Source: Candidatus Krumholzibacteriia bacterium (GTDB lineage: Bacteria > Krumholzibacteriota > Krumholzibacteriia > LZORAL124-64-63). From it: 64,000 nt of DNA. A program made the translations under genes and the position numbers. The stretch spans positions 15,347 to 79,346 of the forward strand of contig JAZBOO010000280.1 of the NCBI GenBank assembly GCA_036351155.1, written 5' to 3'. Of the stretch, positions 9,954 through 19,400 are shown one piece after another. The notes under the pieces are model-generated. The model made no database searches. It worked only from the letters and a program-made list of their open reading frames with translations, and was not told the origin of the DNA. Positions within the stretch are counted from its first letter, which is position 1. Every line of letters begins with the position of its first letter.

Positions 9954-11435
9954 TTGAAATTGCCAGGAATGTCCCCCCGAAAGAAAACCAAGGCCCGCGG
10001 GAAAGCTCCCGCCCGCCGCAAGAAGAAAACGGCCAGACCTCCCTGGCTGGGCGCCGTGCTGGGTGTAGCTCTCGTGCTCATGGTGGCCATGATCGGGTTG
10101 CTCAAGTGGTCGGAGTCACGCACCGGTCAAACGGCCCTGCTGTCCATGGGGTCGGAAAAGATGTTCGGCGAAGTGCAGGCGGCCATCGATGAGCAGCTGG
10201 CTCCGCTGTTTCCCGGCTGGCGCTCCGGCCCCGTCGGACCGGGCAGCGCGCCAGGTGACCACGACTGGCCCGCCGACGAGTTCGGCTCCGGCGCGGCGGT
10301 GTGGTGCCGGGTGCTGTCCGTCCCTGCCGATGTTCCCTACCGCCACCTTTCCTGGCAGATCGCTCAGGCCCTTGAACCGCTGGGAGCCCGGGTCCTCTGG
10401 TCCCAGCGCCTGTACCCGGACCAGCCTTCGGCGGCCCAGGCCCAGCCCAGCGAGGAGCTGGATCTGCTGAGGTTGGATCTGGGCGTACCCGGCCGCCCCA
10501 CCCACACCCTGGTGTTGCAACGCCAGGGCCATGAGGCGCCGGTGCGCTGGGGCACAGGGCCGGGGATCACCGCCTGGTCCGCGCTGGCCGCCCGCCACGA
10601 TGCGCCGCTGGTGGCCCTGGTCATCGACGACTGGGGCTATGCCAAGACCACCGCCACGCGCCAGCTGATCAGCTTGCCGGTTCCACTGACCATGGCCGTC
10701 CTGCCGGGGCTGTCCTATTCTCGTGAATTTGCCCTGGAAAAAACCGACCTGGTGCTGCCTCCGGATCTCCTGAAAGGCGCCGCCGGGGTGGGGCAGCGGG
10801 CCGCCCCGGGCCGCATCGAGCGTCTGGCGGCCGGGTGTTTCGTGGAGGTGAGCGTGGATCGGCCGCGCACCCGCTCGGAAGTCCGGCGCCGGGAAATCCT
10901 GCTCCATCTGCCCATGCAGCCCGAAGGCTACCCCGAAACCAATCCCGGCAGCGAGGCCATCATGGTGGGCATGTCCCGCACCGACATGGAAGTCCGGGTG
11001 GACAAGGCGCTGAACCAGCTGGACCGCGTCACCGGCGTGAACAATCACATGGGCAGTGCGGCCACCAGTGATCCCGCCACCATGGACAATCTCATGGCGG
11101 TCCTGGAGGATCGGGGGCTGCTCTTCCTGGACAGCCTGACCTCATCGCGCTCGGTGGCCTACGATGCGGCCCGGCAACAGGGCATTCCCGCCCTGAAGAA
11201 CCGCCTTTTTCTGGACTACGACAACGAGGACGAGCAAAAGATCACCGCCAAGCTGAATCGCCTGGTCCAGGCCGCCCGCAGCACCGGGTACGCCGTGGGC
11301 ATCGGCCACCCTCACCCTGCCACCGCCCGGGTGCTGGCCAGGGAAATCCCGCGGCTGGTGGCCGAGGGTGTGGTCTTCGTGACCGTCTCGGAATTGCACG
11401 CCCTCGTGGACCATCGTCAGAAAGTTTTGCCATGA
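9954..11435 (+). CDS. Divergent polysaccharide deacetylase family protein (YibQ-like), membrane anchored
   Basis: Basic N-terminus plus TM helix. LVIDDWG, LLHLPMQP, GVNNHMGS, FLDSLTS, FLD, VGIGHPH. Confidence 0.88.
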   Translation: MKLPGMSPRKKTKARGKAPARRKKKTARPPWLGAVLGVALVLMVAMIGLLKWSESRTGQTALLSMGSEKMFGEVQAAIDEQLAPLFPGWRSGPVGPGSAPGDHDWPADEFGSGAAVWCRVLSVPADVPYRHLSWQIAQALEPLGARVLWSQRLYPDQPSAAQAQPSEELDLLRLDLGVPGRPTHTLVLQRQGHEAPVRWGTGPGITAWSALAARHDAPLVALVIDDWGYAKTTATRQLISLPVPLTMAVLPGLSYSREFALEKTDLVLPPDLLKGAAGVGQRAAPGRIERLAAGCFVEVSVDRPRTRSEVRRREILLHLPMQPEGYPETNPGSEAIMVGMSRTDMEVRVDKALNQLDRVTGVNNHMGSAATSDPATMDNLMAVLEDRGLLFLDSLTSSRSVAYDAARQQGIPALKNRLFLDYDNEDEQKITAKLNRLVQAARSTGYAVGIGHPHPATARVLAREIPRLVAEGVVFVTVSELHALVDHRQKVLP

Positions 11436-12532
11436 GCCCAGCCGAATCTCCTGTGGTCCACTTTTTTCCTCTGGCTGATCAGGTGGAGAGGGAACTCGAC
11501 CCCGCGGTGCTGAAGAAGGCCACCACCGCCGTGGTGAGCCGTCTGGCGCTCAGGCCGGTGAGCCAGGGCGCGTGGGCCGTCAAGGTGCACCTGGGGGCCC
11601 GGGGACGGCCCGCCGCCGTGTCCCCGGAATGGGTCCAGGCCGGCAGTGCCCAGCTGGGTGGGCCGGTGGAGATCTGCGACACCCTGTCGATCACCAGCGA
11701 AGGTCTGCACACTCCCGAGGAACTGCGCAGGACCGCTCTGGCCAAGGGCCATGCCGCGGGGTTCAAGGTGGCCGATGATCCCGCGCTGGGTGAGGCCGTC
11801 CCGGTCAAGGGCCAGCTGGTCCATCCGAGTGGCCGTCCCGGGCGGGAAGCTCGCCTGGCTGCCGGCCTCGCTCCCGCCCAGGGTCTGCTGGTGATGAATG
11901 CGGTGGACACCCATCCTCACCTGGGTTTCCAGGGAGCCATGGCGCAGCTGGCCCTGGGTTGCAGTGATCGCCAGGCCAAGCTGGACCTGCACCGGGATAT
12001 CCGGCCCAAGGTGGACACGCCTCTGTGCGCGGGCTGTGGGTCCTGTCTGGCCGTGTGTCTCTTCGATGCCATCGATCTGAAGTCGGGGCGCGCAGTGATT
12101 GACCACACCCGATGCACCGGGTGCGGAGAATGCATGACGGTGTGCCACCTGGCAGGCATTGCGGCAGAAAATCCGGCCAGCCTGGAAAACTATCAGGTGC
12201 AGCTGGCGGAAACAGCCACCGCTCTCTGGCAAGGGACCGAGTGGCAGCGGGCGGGGCGTCTGGGCTTCGTGAACTACCTGGTCCATCTGGATCGCCGCCA
12301 CAACCGATCGGCTCCCCGGGGAAGGGGGCGCGCCCTTCATCTGGGGGTGCTGGCCTCACGCGATCCCGTGGCCCTGGACCGGGCCACCTGGGACCTGCTG
12401 GCAGAGTACACGGGACGCGATCTGACCGCCTGGTGTGGTTATCCCCAGAATCCGGGGGTGCTGCTGGAGCGCATGGCCCTGTGGACCGACTGCAGCCAGG
12501 AGTACCGCCTGGTGGAGGTGGCGGGCCCCTGA
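11432..12532 (+). CDS. DUF362-family protein with 2x[4Fe-4S] ferredoxin domain
   Basis: AVKVHLG, CAGCGSCLAVC, CTGCGECMTVC, GVLASRDPVALDRA. Confidence 0.8.
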   Translation: MSPAESPVVHFFPLADQVERELDPAVLKKATTAVVSRLALRPVSQGAWAVKVHLGARGRPAAVSPEWVQAGSAQLGGPVEICDTLSITSEGLHTPEELRRTALAKGHAAGFKVADDPALGEAVPVKGQLVHPSGRPGREARLAAGLAPAQGLLVMNAVDTHPHLGFQGAMAQLALGCSDRQAKLDLHRDIRPKVDTPLCAGCGSCLAVCLFDAIDLKSGRAVIDHTRCTGCGECMTVCHLAGIAAENPASLENYQVQLAETATALWQGTEWQRAGRLGFVNYLVHLDRRHNRSAPRGRGRALHLGVLASRDPVALDRATWDLLAEYTGRDLTAWCGYPQNPGVLLERMALWTDCSQEYRLVEVAGP

Positions 12533-12600
12533 AACCGGGGCAAGTGACCATGGTGCCGGCAGATCCCGGAACGGCTCTTCTCCGATTTATTGCCATTTCC

Positions 12601-12629
12601 TGGAAAAATTGAACAGGCTGTGTTATCAT
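12601..12629 (+). promoter_or_regulatory. Putative sigma70 promoter of the secDF leader
   Basis: TGGAAA-17 nt-TATCAT, with extended -10 TG at 12621-12622. Confidence 0.45.
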
Positions 12630-12633
12630 GGTT

Positions 12634-12721
12634 GCCGGCTAATCCGGCGGGGCGCGTCTTTCTGTGCGCCTTGATGCGATCTCGACGCCCCGTCCGTACT
12701 GACATCAAGGCGTGCTTTTTT
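12634..12721 (+). ncRNA. Candidate structured leader/attenuator or sRNA upstream of secD
   Basis: 13-bp stem 12664-12676/12703-12715 followed by T6. Loop segment 12686-12694 is complementary to upstream 12646-12654. Confidence 0.4.
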
Positions 12722-12809
12722 ATGTGATGTTGACCCGTATATCCTCGGAAGTTCATTGGTGACAATTACTTCCGTCATTGCGGCAGACGGCATTCCAGGA
12801 GTTGAAAAA

Positions 12810-14537
12810 ATGAACCGTTCCCTGCAGATCAGGGCTGGACTGAGTATCCTTGTCCTCCTGTTCTCCATCTATGGGTTGTTGCCCACCTTCAAAGCCCTGT
12901 CGATTTCCTCCGAGGAACGCGAGGCGGCCAAGGACGACCCGGTCAAGATGGCGGAAATCTCTGAAATCGACGCGGCGGCCATTCGCCGGGGGCTGGATCT
13001 CAAGGGTGGTATGTATCTGGTGCTCGAAGTCGAGCAAACCGGGATGAATTCCTCCGAAGCCCAGAATACCCTCGATCGAGTCAAGACCATCCTGACCAAC
13101 CGGATCGACAAGTTCGGCGTCAGCGAGCCGGAAATCACCACCTTCGGCAGCAGCCGTATCGTGGTGAAGTTGCCGGGTCTGCAGGATCCCGAGCGGGCCA
13201 AGAACCTGCTGGGCTCCACCGCCCAGCTGGAATTCCGTCTGGTGCGCCCGGACGCGGAAATCCAGACGGCTCTCGAGACCCTGGACGAGCTGTTCCTGGG
13301 TAGCGTGACGGCCGAGACCAGTGAGCCTGAAGCTGGGGTTGATCCCGTGGAAACGCCTGCCGAGGACCCGGCCGAGGTCGATGACCCCGCCGTGGCCGAA
13401 GCCGACTCCGCCGGGGAAGAGAATCCCTTCGGCGACCTGGACGAACTGGCCGACAACGAGGCCGCCGCCGAGGATTTCCTGCGCGATCATCCCTTCAGCG
13501 GCCGGCTGATTGTTCAGCCCGGCATCTTGGCCACCCCTCTGTTCGTCAACGAGGACGATGTCCTGCTGGTGCAGGGCATGCTCGATGACCCGCGCGCCAA
13601 GCGTCGCCTGCGTGACATGGAATTCCAGCTCGGCGCCGAGGCCATGGCCTTTGGCGAGGGCCTGTTCCTGCGCCCCCTGTATCTGGTCGACGGCAAGCCC
13701 GGCATGACCGGTGACCACCTCAAGAGTGCCGTGCCGACCGCCAACCCGGACCGTCCCGGCAGCTGGCAGGTGAGCTTCGCCCTGGACAGCCGTGGCGCCC
13801 GCACCTTTGCCAAGCTCACGGGTGAGAACATCAACCGTTTCCTGGCGATCAGCCTGGACGACCGCATCGCCTCGGCGCCGCGGATCGACAGCCGCATTCC
13901 CGGCCAGGGCGTGATCACCGGCGACTTCGACCACAACGAAGCCAAGGACCTTTCCACTCTGCTGGAAGCCGGTGCCCTGCCCGTCGACATCTACATTGCC
14001 GAGGAGCGTACCGTGGGCCCGAGCCTGGGGAGCGACTCCATCCGCATGGGTGTCTCGGCCGCTCTGTACGGCTCCATCCTGGTGATCCTGTTCATGCTGA
14101 TCTACTACCGGATCAGCGGTCTGGTGACCGTGATTGCCCTGATCAGCAACATCCTCATCCTGATGGCCATCCTGGGTCAGGCGGGGCTGGTGCTCACCTT
14201 GCCTGGTATTGCGGGTATCATCCTGACGGTGGGTATGGCCGTTGATGCCAACGTGCTGATCAACGAGCGTATTCGCGAGGAGCTCCGCAAGGACAAGACC
14301 ATTCGCGCGTCGGTGCAGGCCGGGTATGCCAACGCCACCCGGACCATCCTGGACGCCAATATCACGACCCTGATCGCGGGCGGCATCCTCTGGATGTTCG
14401 GCACCGGCCCCATCAAGGGCTTTGCCGTCACCCTGAGCATCGGTATCGCCACCAGCGTATTCACGGCCCTGGTCATGACCCGTTTCATCATGGAGATGTA
14501 CACGCGGAACAAGGGCCAGCAGAAAATGAGTATCTAG
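12810..14537 (+). CDS. secD: Protein translocase subunit SecD
   Basis: GLDLKGG, RIDKFGVSEP, AGALP, VGPSLG, LTLPGIAG, GMAVDANVLINERIREE. ATG behind AGGAG. Confidence 0.96.
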   Translation: MNRSLQIRAGLSILVLLFSIYGLLPTFKALSISSEEREAAKDDPVKMAEISEIDAAAIRRGLDLKGGMYLVLEVEQTGMNSSEAQNTLDRVKTILTNRIDKFGVSEPEITTFGSSRIVVKLPGLQDPERAKNLLGSTAQLEFRLVRPDAEIQTALETLDELFLGSVTAETSEPEAGVDPVETPAEDPAEVDDPAVAEADSAGEENPFGDLDELADNEAAAEDFLRDHPFSGRLIVQPGILATPLFVNEDDVLLVQGMLDDPRAKRRLRDMEFQLGAEAMAFGEGLFLRPLYLVDGKPGMTGDHLKSAVPTANPDRPGSWQVSFALDSRGARTFAKLTGENINRFLAISLDDRIASAPRIDSRIPGQGVITGDFDHNEAKDLSTLLEAGALPVDIYIAEERTVGPSLGSDSIRMGVSAALYGSILVILFMLIYYRISGLVTVIALISNILILMAILGQAGLVLTLPGIAGIILTVGMAVDANVLINERIREELRKDKTIRASVQAGYANATRTILDANITTLIAGGILWMFGTGPIKGFAVTLSIGIATSVFTALVMTRFIMEMYTRNKGQQKMSI

Positions 14538-14625
14538 GTCTCGACCCGGTCGAGCGCAGATATACACCCCCGGCAACGGGGCATGAAACCGAGCCGGCAG
14601 GGTTCGGGAAAGGTCGGACAGGAAG

Positions 14626-15552
14626 ATGGAATTCTTCAGGAACCCCAGCATCAACTTTGTTGGCGGCATGAAGGGGGCGTTCACCGTCTCGGCGGTGCTC
14701 GTCGTGCTGAGCCTTCTTTCGCTGCTGATCCACGGCGGTCCGCGGATGAGCATCGATTTCACGGGCGGCTCGGTTTTGCAGGTCAAGATTTCGCCCGTGC
14801 CCGAGGTGGGCGACATTCGCTCCACCCTGGAAAACGCCGGCTACGAGGGTGTGCAGGTGACCGAGTTCGGCTCGCAGGACGAGTTCCTGATCACCTTCGT
14901 GAACCCCGAAAGCACCGAGGAAACCCTCGATGCGGCCCAGGGCCTGCTGGCCGATCTCCGCACGGGCCTGAGCGGTTCGGAAATCGAGCTGCGGCGCGAA
15001 GAGACCGTGGGACCCAAGATCGGCGGCGAGCTGCGCGATGCCGCGGTGAACTCCGTGGTCTCGGCCCTGGCCCTGATCGTGCTGTACATCACCATCAGGT
15101 TCGTGTTCCGCTACGGGATCGCGGCCATCATCGCGTTGATTCACGATGTGTCCTTGACCCTGGGTGTGTTCTCGTTGCTCGACTTCGAGATCAGCCTGCA
15201 GATCATCGCCGCCTTCCTCACCATCATCGGTTACTCGCTGAACGACACCATCGTGGTGTTCGATCGTATTCGCGAGAACATGAGGCTGCGCCGCAAGGAG
15301 AGCTATCGCGAGGTCATCAACCGGTCCATCAACGAGTGCCTGAGCCGGACGGTGCTGACCTCGGTCACCACCTTCTTCGTGTCCGCCATGCTCTACATTT
15401 TCGGCGGCCCGGTGATTCACGATTTTGCCTTCGCGCTGTGCTTCGGCGTGGTCATCGGTACCTACAGCTCGATGTTCATCGCCAGCCCCGTGCTGGTGTG
15501 GTGGTACGAGCGTCGGATCGCCGACAAGAAGCGCATGGCCACCGACATGTAA
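14626..15552 (+). CDS. secF: Protein translocase subunit SecF
   Basis: IDFTGG, VGPKIG, GYSLNDTIVVFDRIRE, GTYSSMFIA. Confidence 0.96.
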   Translation: MEFFRNPSINFVGGMKGAFTVSAVLVVLSLLSLLIHGGPRMSIDFTGGSVLQVKISPVPEVGDIRSTLENAGYEGVQVTEFGSQDEFLITFVNPESTEETLDAAQGLLADLRTGLSGSEIELRREETVGPKIGGELRDAAVNSVVSALALIVLYITIRFVFRYGIAAIIALIHDVSLTLGVFSLLDFEISLQIIAAFLTIIGYSLNDTIVVFDRIRENMRLRRKESYREVINRSINECLSRTVLTSVTTFFVSAMLYIFGGPVIHDFAFALCFGVVIGTYSSMFIASPVLVWWYERRIADKKRMATDM

Positions 15553-15555
15553 CGG

Positions 15556-15655
15556 CCCCGGAACACTGGCCCCAAAACAAGGGATCCGGAATGTCCTCGC
15601 CACTTCGTGGCTGCGGATTTTCCGGATCCCTTGTTTTTGGGCCAGTGTTCCGGGG
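15556..15655. repeat. Long inverted repeat (36-bp arms, one mismatch, 28-nt structured spacer)
   Basis: CCCCGGAACACTGGCCCCAAAACAAGGGATCCGGAA at 15556-15591 matches the reverse complement of 15620-15655 at 35/36 positions. Confidence 0.95.
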
Positions 15656-15844
15656 AAGCCACTTCTCGGTGGCCATACTGTCCGCTTACGGGGTATAGAA
15701 GTCTCTTTTCGCGGTCAAATGGTCCGGAGGAGAAGCTGCGGGTACTGAGGGGCTTGGCGGCAAAATCCTTGCTTTCACCTATTTCCTGGCGAAAAATTGA
15801 GGTTTGGGGGTACAATGGGGGAGTGAGGTCCACAGGAAGTCTCC

Positions 15845-15859
15845 AGGCATGATCCTTGC
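15845..15859 (+). promoter_or_regulatory. Putative sigma54 -24/-12 promoter (weaker second copy at 15758-15772)
   Basis: AGGCATGATCCTTGC and CGGCAAAATCCTTGC both show exact GG-N10-GC spacing with TTGC. Confidence 0.5.
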
Positions 15860-15905
15860 CCTTTTCCTGGTGAGACATGGACCAATTTTTCTGGAGAGAC
15901 CGGAA

Positions 15906-16406
15906 TTGACCTATTTCAAGAAAACATCCCACCTTCATCAGATCGGCTTCTTCCTGGGGCTGGGGCTGCTGGTGTTCACGTGCGCCATTCCTGCCCTGGG
16001 CAAGATCGACAAGTCGGGGGCTCGCCTATCCGGCGCCGAGCCTGACCTCGTTTTCGAGGCCATTGCCACGGCCTGGGAACTCGGGGACGAGGATGCTCTG
16101 GCCAAGCTGGTGCACGAGAACGGCCTGCGGGTGACCAGCGGCGACTACAACCGTTTCACCGATTACAGCCCCAGTCAGGCATTCTACTATTTCCGCAATC
16201 AGTTTCGCACCTACCCGACGGTGTCCTTCGGCATCGAACGCATGCAAAAGCAGATGTCGGGTCAGGACCGGGTGCATGGTATGGTGAGCTGGCAATACCA
16301 GCGCACCAGGGGTGGGCCGGTGCAGGAACTCAAGCTGGTCCTGGTTTTGACCCGGCAGGGAAGCAACTGGCGGCTGGCGGAGATCAATACCATCAACAAG
16401 AGGTAA
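15906..16406 (+). CDS. Secreted DUF4783-like (NTF2-like) protein
   Basis: Signal peptide, AWELGD..ALA, YSPSQAFYYF..F..YP..SF, C-terminal WRLAEI. Start uncertain; TTG behind GGAGAG chosen. Confidence 0.6.
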   Translation: MTYFKKTSHLHQIGFFLGLGLLVFTCAIPALGKIDKSGARLSGAEPDLVFEAIATAWELGDEDALAKLVHENGLRVTSGDYNRFTDYSPSQAFYYFRNQFRTYPTVSFGIERMQKQMSGQDRVHGMVSWQYQRTRGGPVQELKLVLVLTRQGSNWRLAEINTINKR

Positions 16407-16409
16407 TTC

Positions 16410-19400
16410 ATGACCTGGTTGGTCAGCCAGGCGGCACGCGCGCTGGGTATTCTCTGTCTGCTGGGGCAGGGATTTCTCGTTTATGCGGGCAGCACGGTGG
16501 GGCCTGAGCCGGGACTGGCTCTGCCCGGGCTGTTTCTGGCCCTGACCATCGTCCAGGCGGTGGTTTTTTCCCTGGAACTGCGAAAAAAGCTGACGAGCCT
16601 GGACGAAGCGGGGCGCCGTGCCCTGTTCCTGCCGAGTGTTTTTCTGACCGTGGCCATCGGAACCATGCTGGCCTGTGGGCTGGTGGTTCTGTCCCGGGGG
16701 ACCGGTGCGGGAGACTCATCCTGGAAAGATCCCGAAAGCTCTTCACCGGTGCTGGCCGAGGCACTGCTGGCCCTGGAACAGTATCCTGCCGCCTCGGCCG
16801 CTCTGCTCGATGGGGTCCGGGTGATGCGCGGCCAGCTGGAGAGCCAGCCCGTCAAGGGCGATTGGTTTCGATTGCTGGCCCCGTGGCCGGAGCAGTGGAG
16901 CCGCTATTTTCCTGCGGCGGATGCCTTGCCTGGCGATTTGCTGGTCCATCGTCGGGGCTCACCTCTGGCCTGGACCGAGGGTGCGGAGCCTCTGCCTCCC
17001 CCGCCTTCCCAGGACGTGCGTGCCCTGCCCGTGGACTTTCTGACCCAGCATGCGGGGACCTGGTACCTGCGCAGCTTCGTGATGCTGTCCTCGGAAACCC
17101 TGCTCGAATGGCAGGTGCCCCTGGAAGGACCTCAGCTGGCCCACCGCTGGCCGGGACTGGAACTGTCCGTGAGATCCCTCAACGAGGGCACTCTGACAGG
17201 GAAGGTGGCCCTGACCGACTCCGATCAGGCACGCCAGCTGGTCGCCCAGATGGAACCCGGCAGTGCCGACCAGGCGGCGAGCAAGGGCCGGGCACGTCTC
17301 ATGATCCTCTTGACCCTGGGGTGGCTGCTGGGGCTGACATCGTGGTTTCACATCCTGGCCGGACACGGAGTCTGGCTGGGCTCTCTCTGGGCGGGACGTG
17401 CGCTGCTGGCGGGCGTGGACTTCTTCCGCTGGTTTCCTCAGGCCTTCCCCGACCTCACCGCCCCGGCTCCTCCCGGCCATCCCATCAGCCTGGTGGGGCC
17501 TGCCTACTTTGCCACCCCCTTTGCCTCGGGGTGGTTCGCCTCCACGGCCGATGCCCTGCTGACCGCCCTGGTGGTGGGTCTGACGGCCTGGGCCCTTCTG
17601 CGCTCACGAGGCCTGGTGGGATGGACCGATGAGCTGGCGCGGGCCGGGAAAACCCGCCCTCTGCTGGGACAGGGTCTGGTGTCGGGGCTGGTGTTTGGAC
17701 TGGTGGGTGCGGGATTGCTCTGGCTCGCCCACCTCTTTGCAAGCCTGGTGGCCGACAATGCCAACCCGCGGCTGATCGGCCAGGGCGTCTCGGTGGGGTT
17801 TCTCTCCTTCTGGGGCCTCCATGTGGTGCTGATGGTGATCCCCTTCAGTCTGGCATCCCTGCTGGTGGGCTGGGCCGGCGACCGACCCTGGCCCGAGCGC
17901 ACCCGACTGGGCGGTTGGCTGGCCGCCGCTGGTTTGGGCGGACTGGTTTCGGGCGCGGTTTTCTTCTTCCTGCCGCGCGACTGGTGGTGGCAACCCGCGC
18001 TGGCCGGTCTGATCACGGCGACCTGGTGGCTGGTGGCTCCTGCCCTGCGTTCGCGCCCCCGCTTCTTGCGGCGGTTTGCCTGGCCCACGGTGATGCTGCT
18101 GGTGGTGGTCTGGAACTACGTGTCCCTGCGAGAAGTGTATGACCAGGCCGAGCGCAGCTGGCTGGTGAGCAAGGGCCACCTCATCACCAGCCCCGGGGAG
18201 GAGGGGACGCGCTTCCTCCTGGAAGATGCCATGCTGGGGATGCGGGAAACGGACCGCCTCAGTCCCTCGACGGGCGAGGGTGTGGGCATCTGGCGGGACC
18301 ATCCGGCCTACCTGCTGTGGGCGTCCTCGCCCTTGCGGGACCTGGGCTATGCCTGCTCGGTGGAGATCATCGACACCGAGTACGGTGCCACCCCGTTTTT
18401 TGCCACCGGGTTCATGCGCGATTCGGGTTATGAACTGCTCAGTCGCGGCAACTGGACCGACCGCGAAGGGGCTCCCGCCACCGACGACGAGCAACTGCAA
18501 TTCCAGACCGAACGCCGGGTCTATCCCGGGGGCGAAGAAGAGGTCCTGGTGGCCCGGATGGGCCGGGCCGGTGATCTGGGCTGGATCCGGGTGGAGTTGC
18601 CGGTGCGCAGCTGGCGGATCTCGACCCTGCTGGCCGACCTGCGCGATGAGGTCCCGGTGGACAGTGGTTACCGGCCCCGGGCGGAAGTGGATCGCCCCAT
18701 TCTTCTCTTGCGGGGGGACAACCAGGGGTGGCTGGGAACGGGAGATCCCGGTCTGAAGGGAGCACAGGCCAGTGGCCTCCTGACCGAGCTGAAGCAGGGA
18801 GTGCGTCCCTGGGCGGCGATCGAGCGAGACGATGGCACCTGGCTGTGTCGCTGGAACCCCCTGCCGGACAATCTGGCCCGGTCCCCGGGAGAAGGCTTCC
18901 TGCTGGGGCTGAGACGCGCGGGCCCGGTGGAAGACCTGCTGGATCTTTCGCGGATCATGCTGATCAATCTGGTGTTGCTGCTGGTCCTGTTTGGCCTGGT
19001 TCAGGGCACGGAGCGACTGCGCCTGGCGTTCCTGCCTGCGGGCGCGAATCGGCCGAACAGCCAGGGGCCCTGGCTGCCCGGGTTTCAGGAGCGGTTTCTG
19101 GCGGGCTATCTCATGCTCGGCCTCCTGTTGCTCCTGGTGGTGGGCATGTCGGTGGACCGGGTGGGTTATCAGCGGGTGCTGACCGAATCCAAGGAAAAAA
19201 CCCTGGATGGGCTGAACCAGGCCATTTCCCAGCTGCGCAGTCTGCTGGCCGAACAGGCCGGAGCCATGGCGGCCAGCGAGTACATCTCGGACCTGCTGGT
19301 GGGCGAAATGGCCGGGCAGCGTCCGGTGGGTCCTCCCAGTCGACGCCAGGCCATGGTCTTTGCGGGTGATGGCACGCTGGTACTGGACGAAACCCTCAGC

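Noticed and set aside
12435..12727. Possible arrest-peptide uORF upstream of secD; the DUF362 protein ends in VAGP, and short ORFs MVPADPG... and MRSRRPV... are present
   Set aside because: No RAGP/RAPP motif, signal peptide or clear RBS. VAGP lacks the critical Arg and is about 280 nt from secD.
15546..15660. Long hairpin as an integron attC site
   Set aside because: No RYYYAAC/GTTRRRY ends, no cassette array and no integrase.
15712..15742. GGTCCGGAGGAGAAGCTGC resembles SRP RNA helix 8
   Set aside because: It lacks the CAGG/GNRA/AGCA arrangement and the long enclosing stem.
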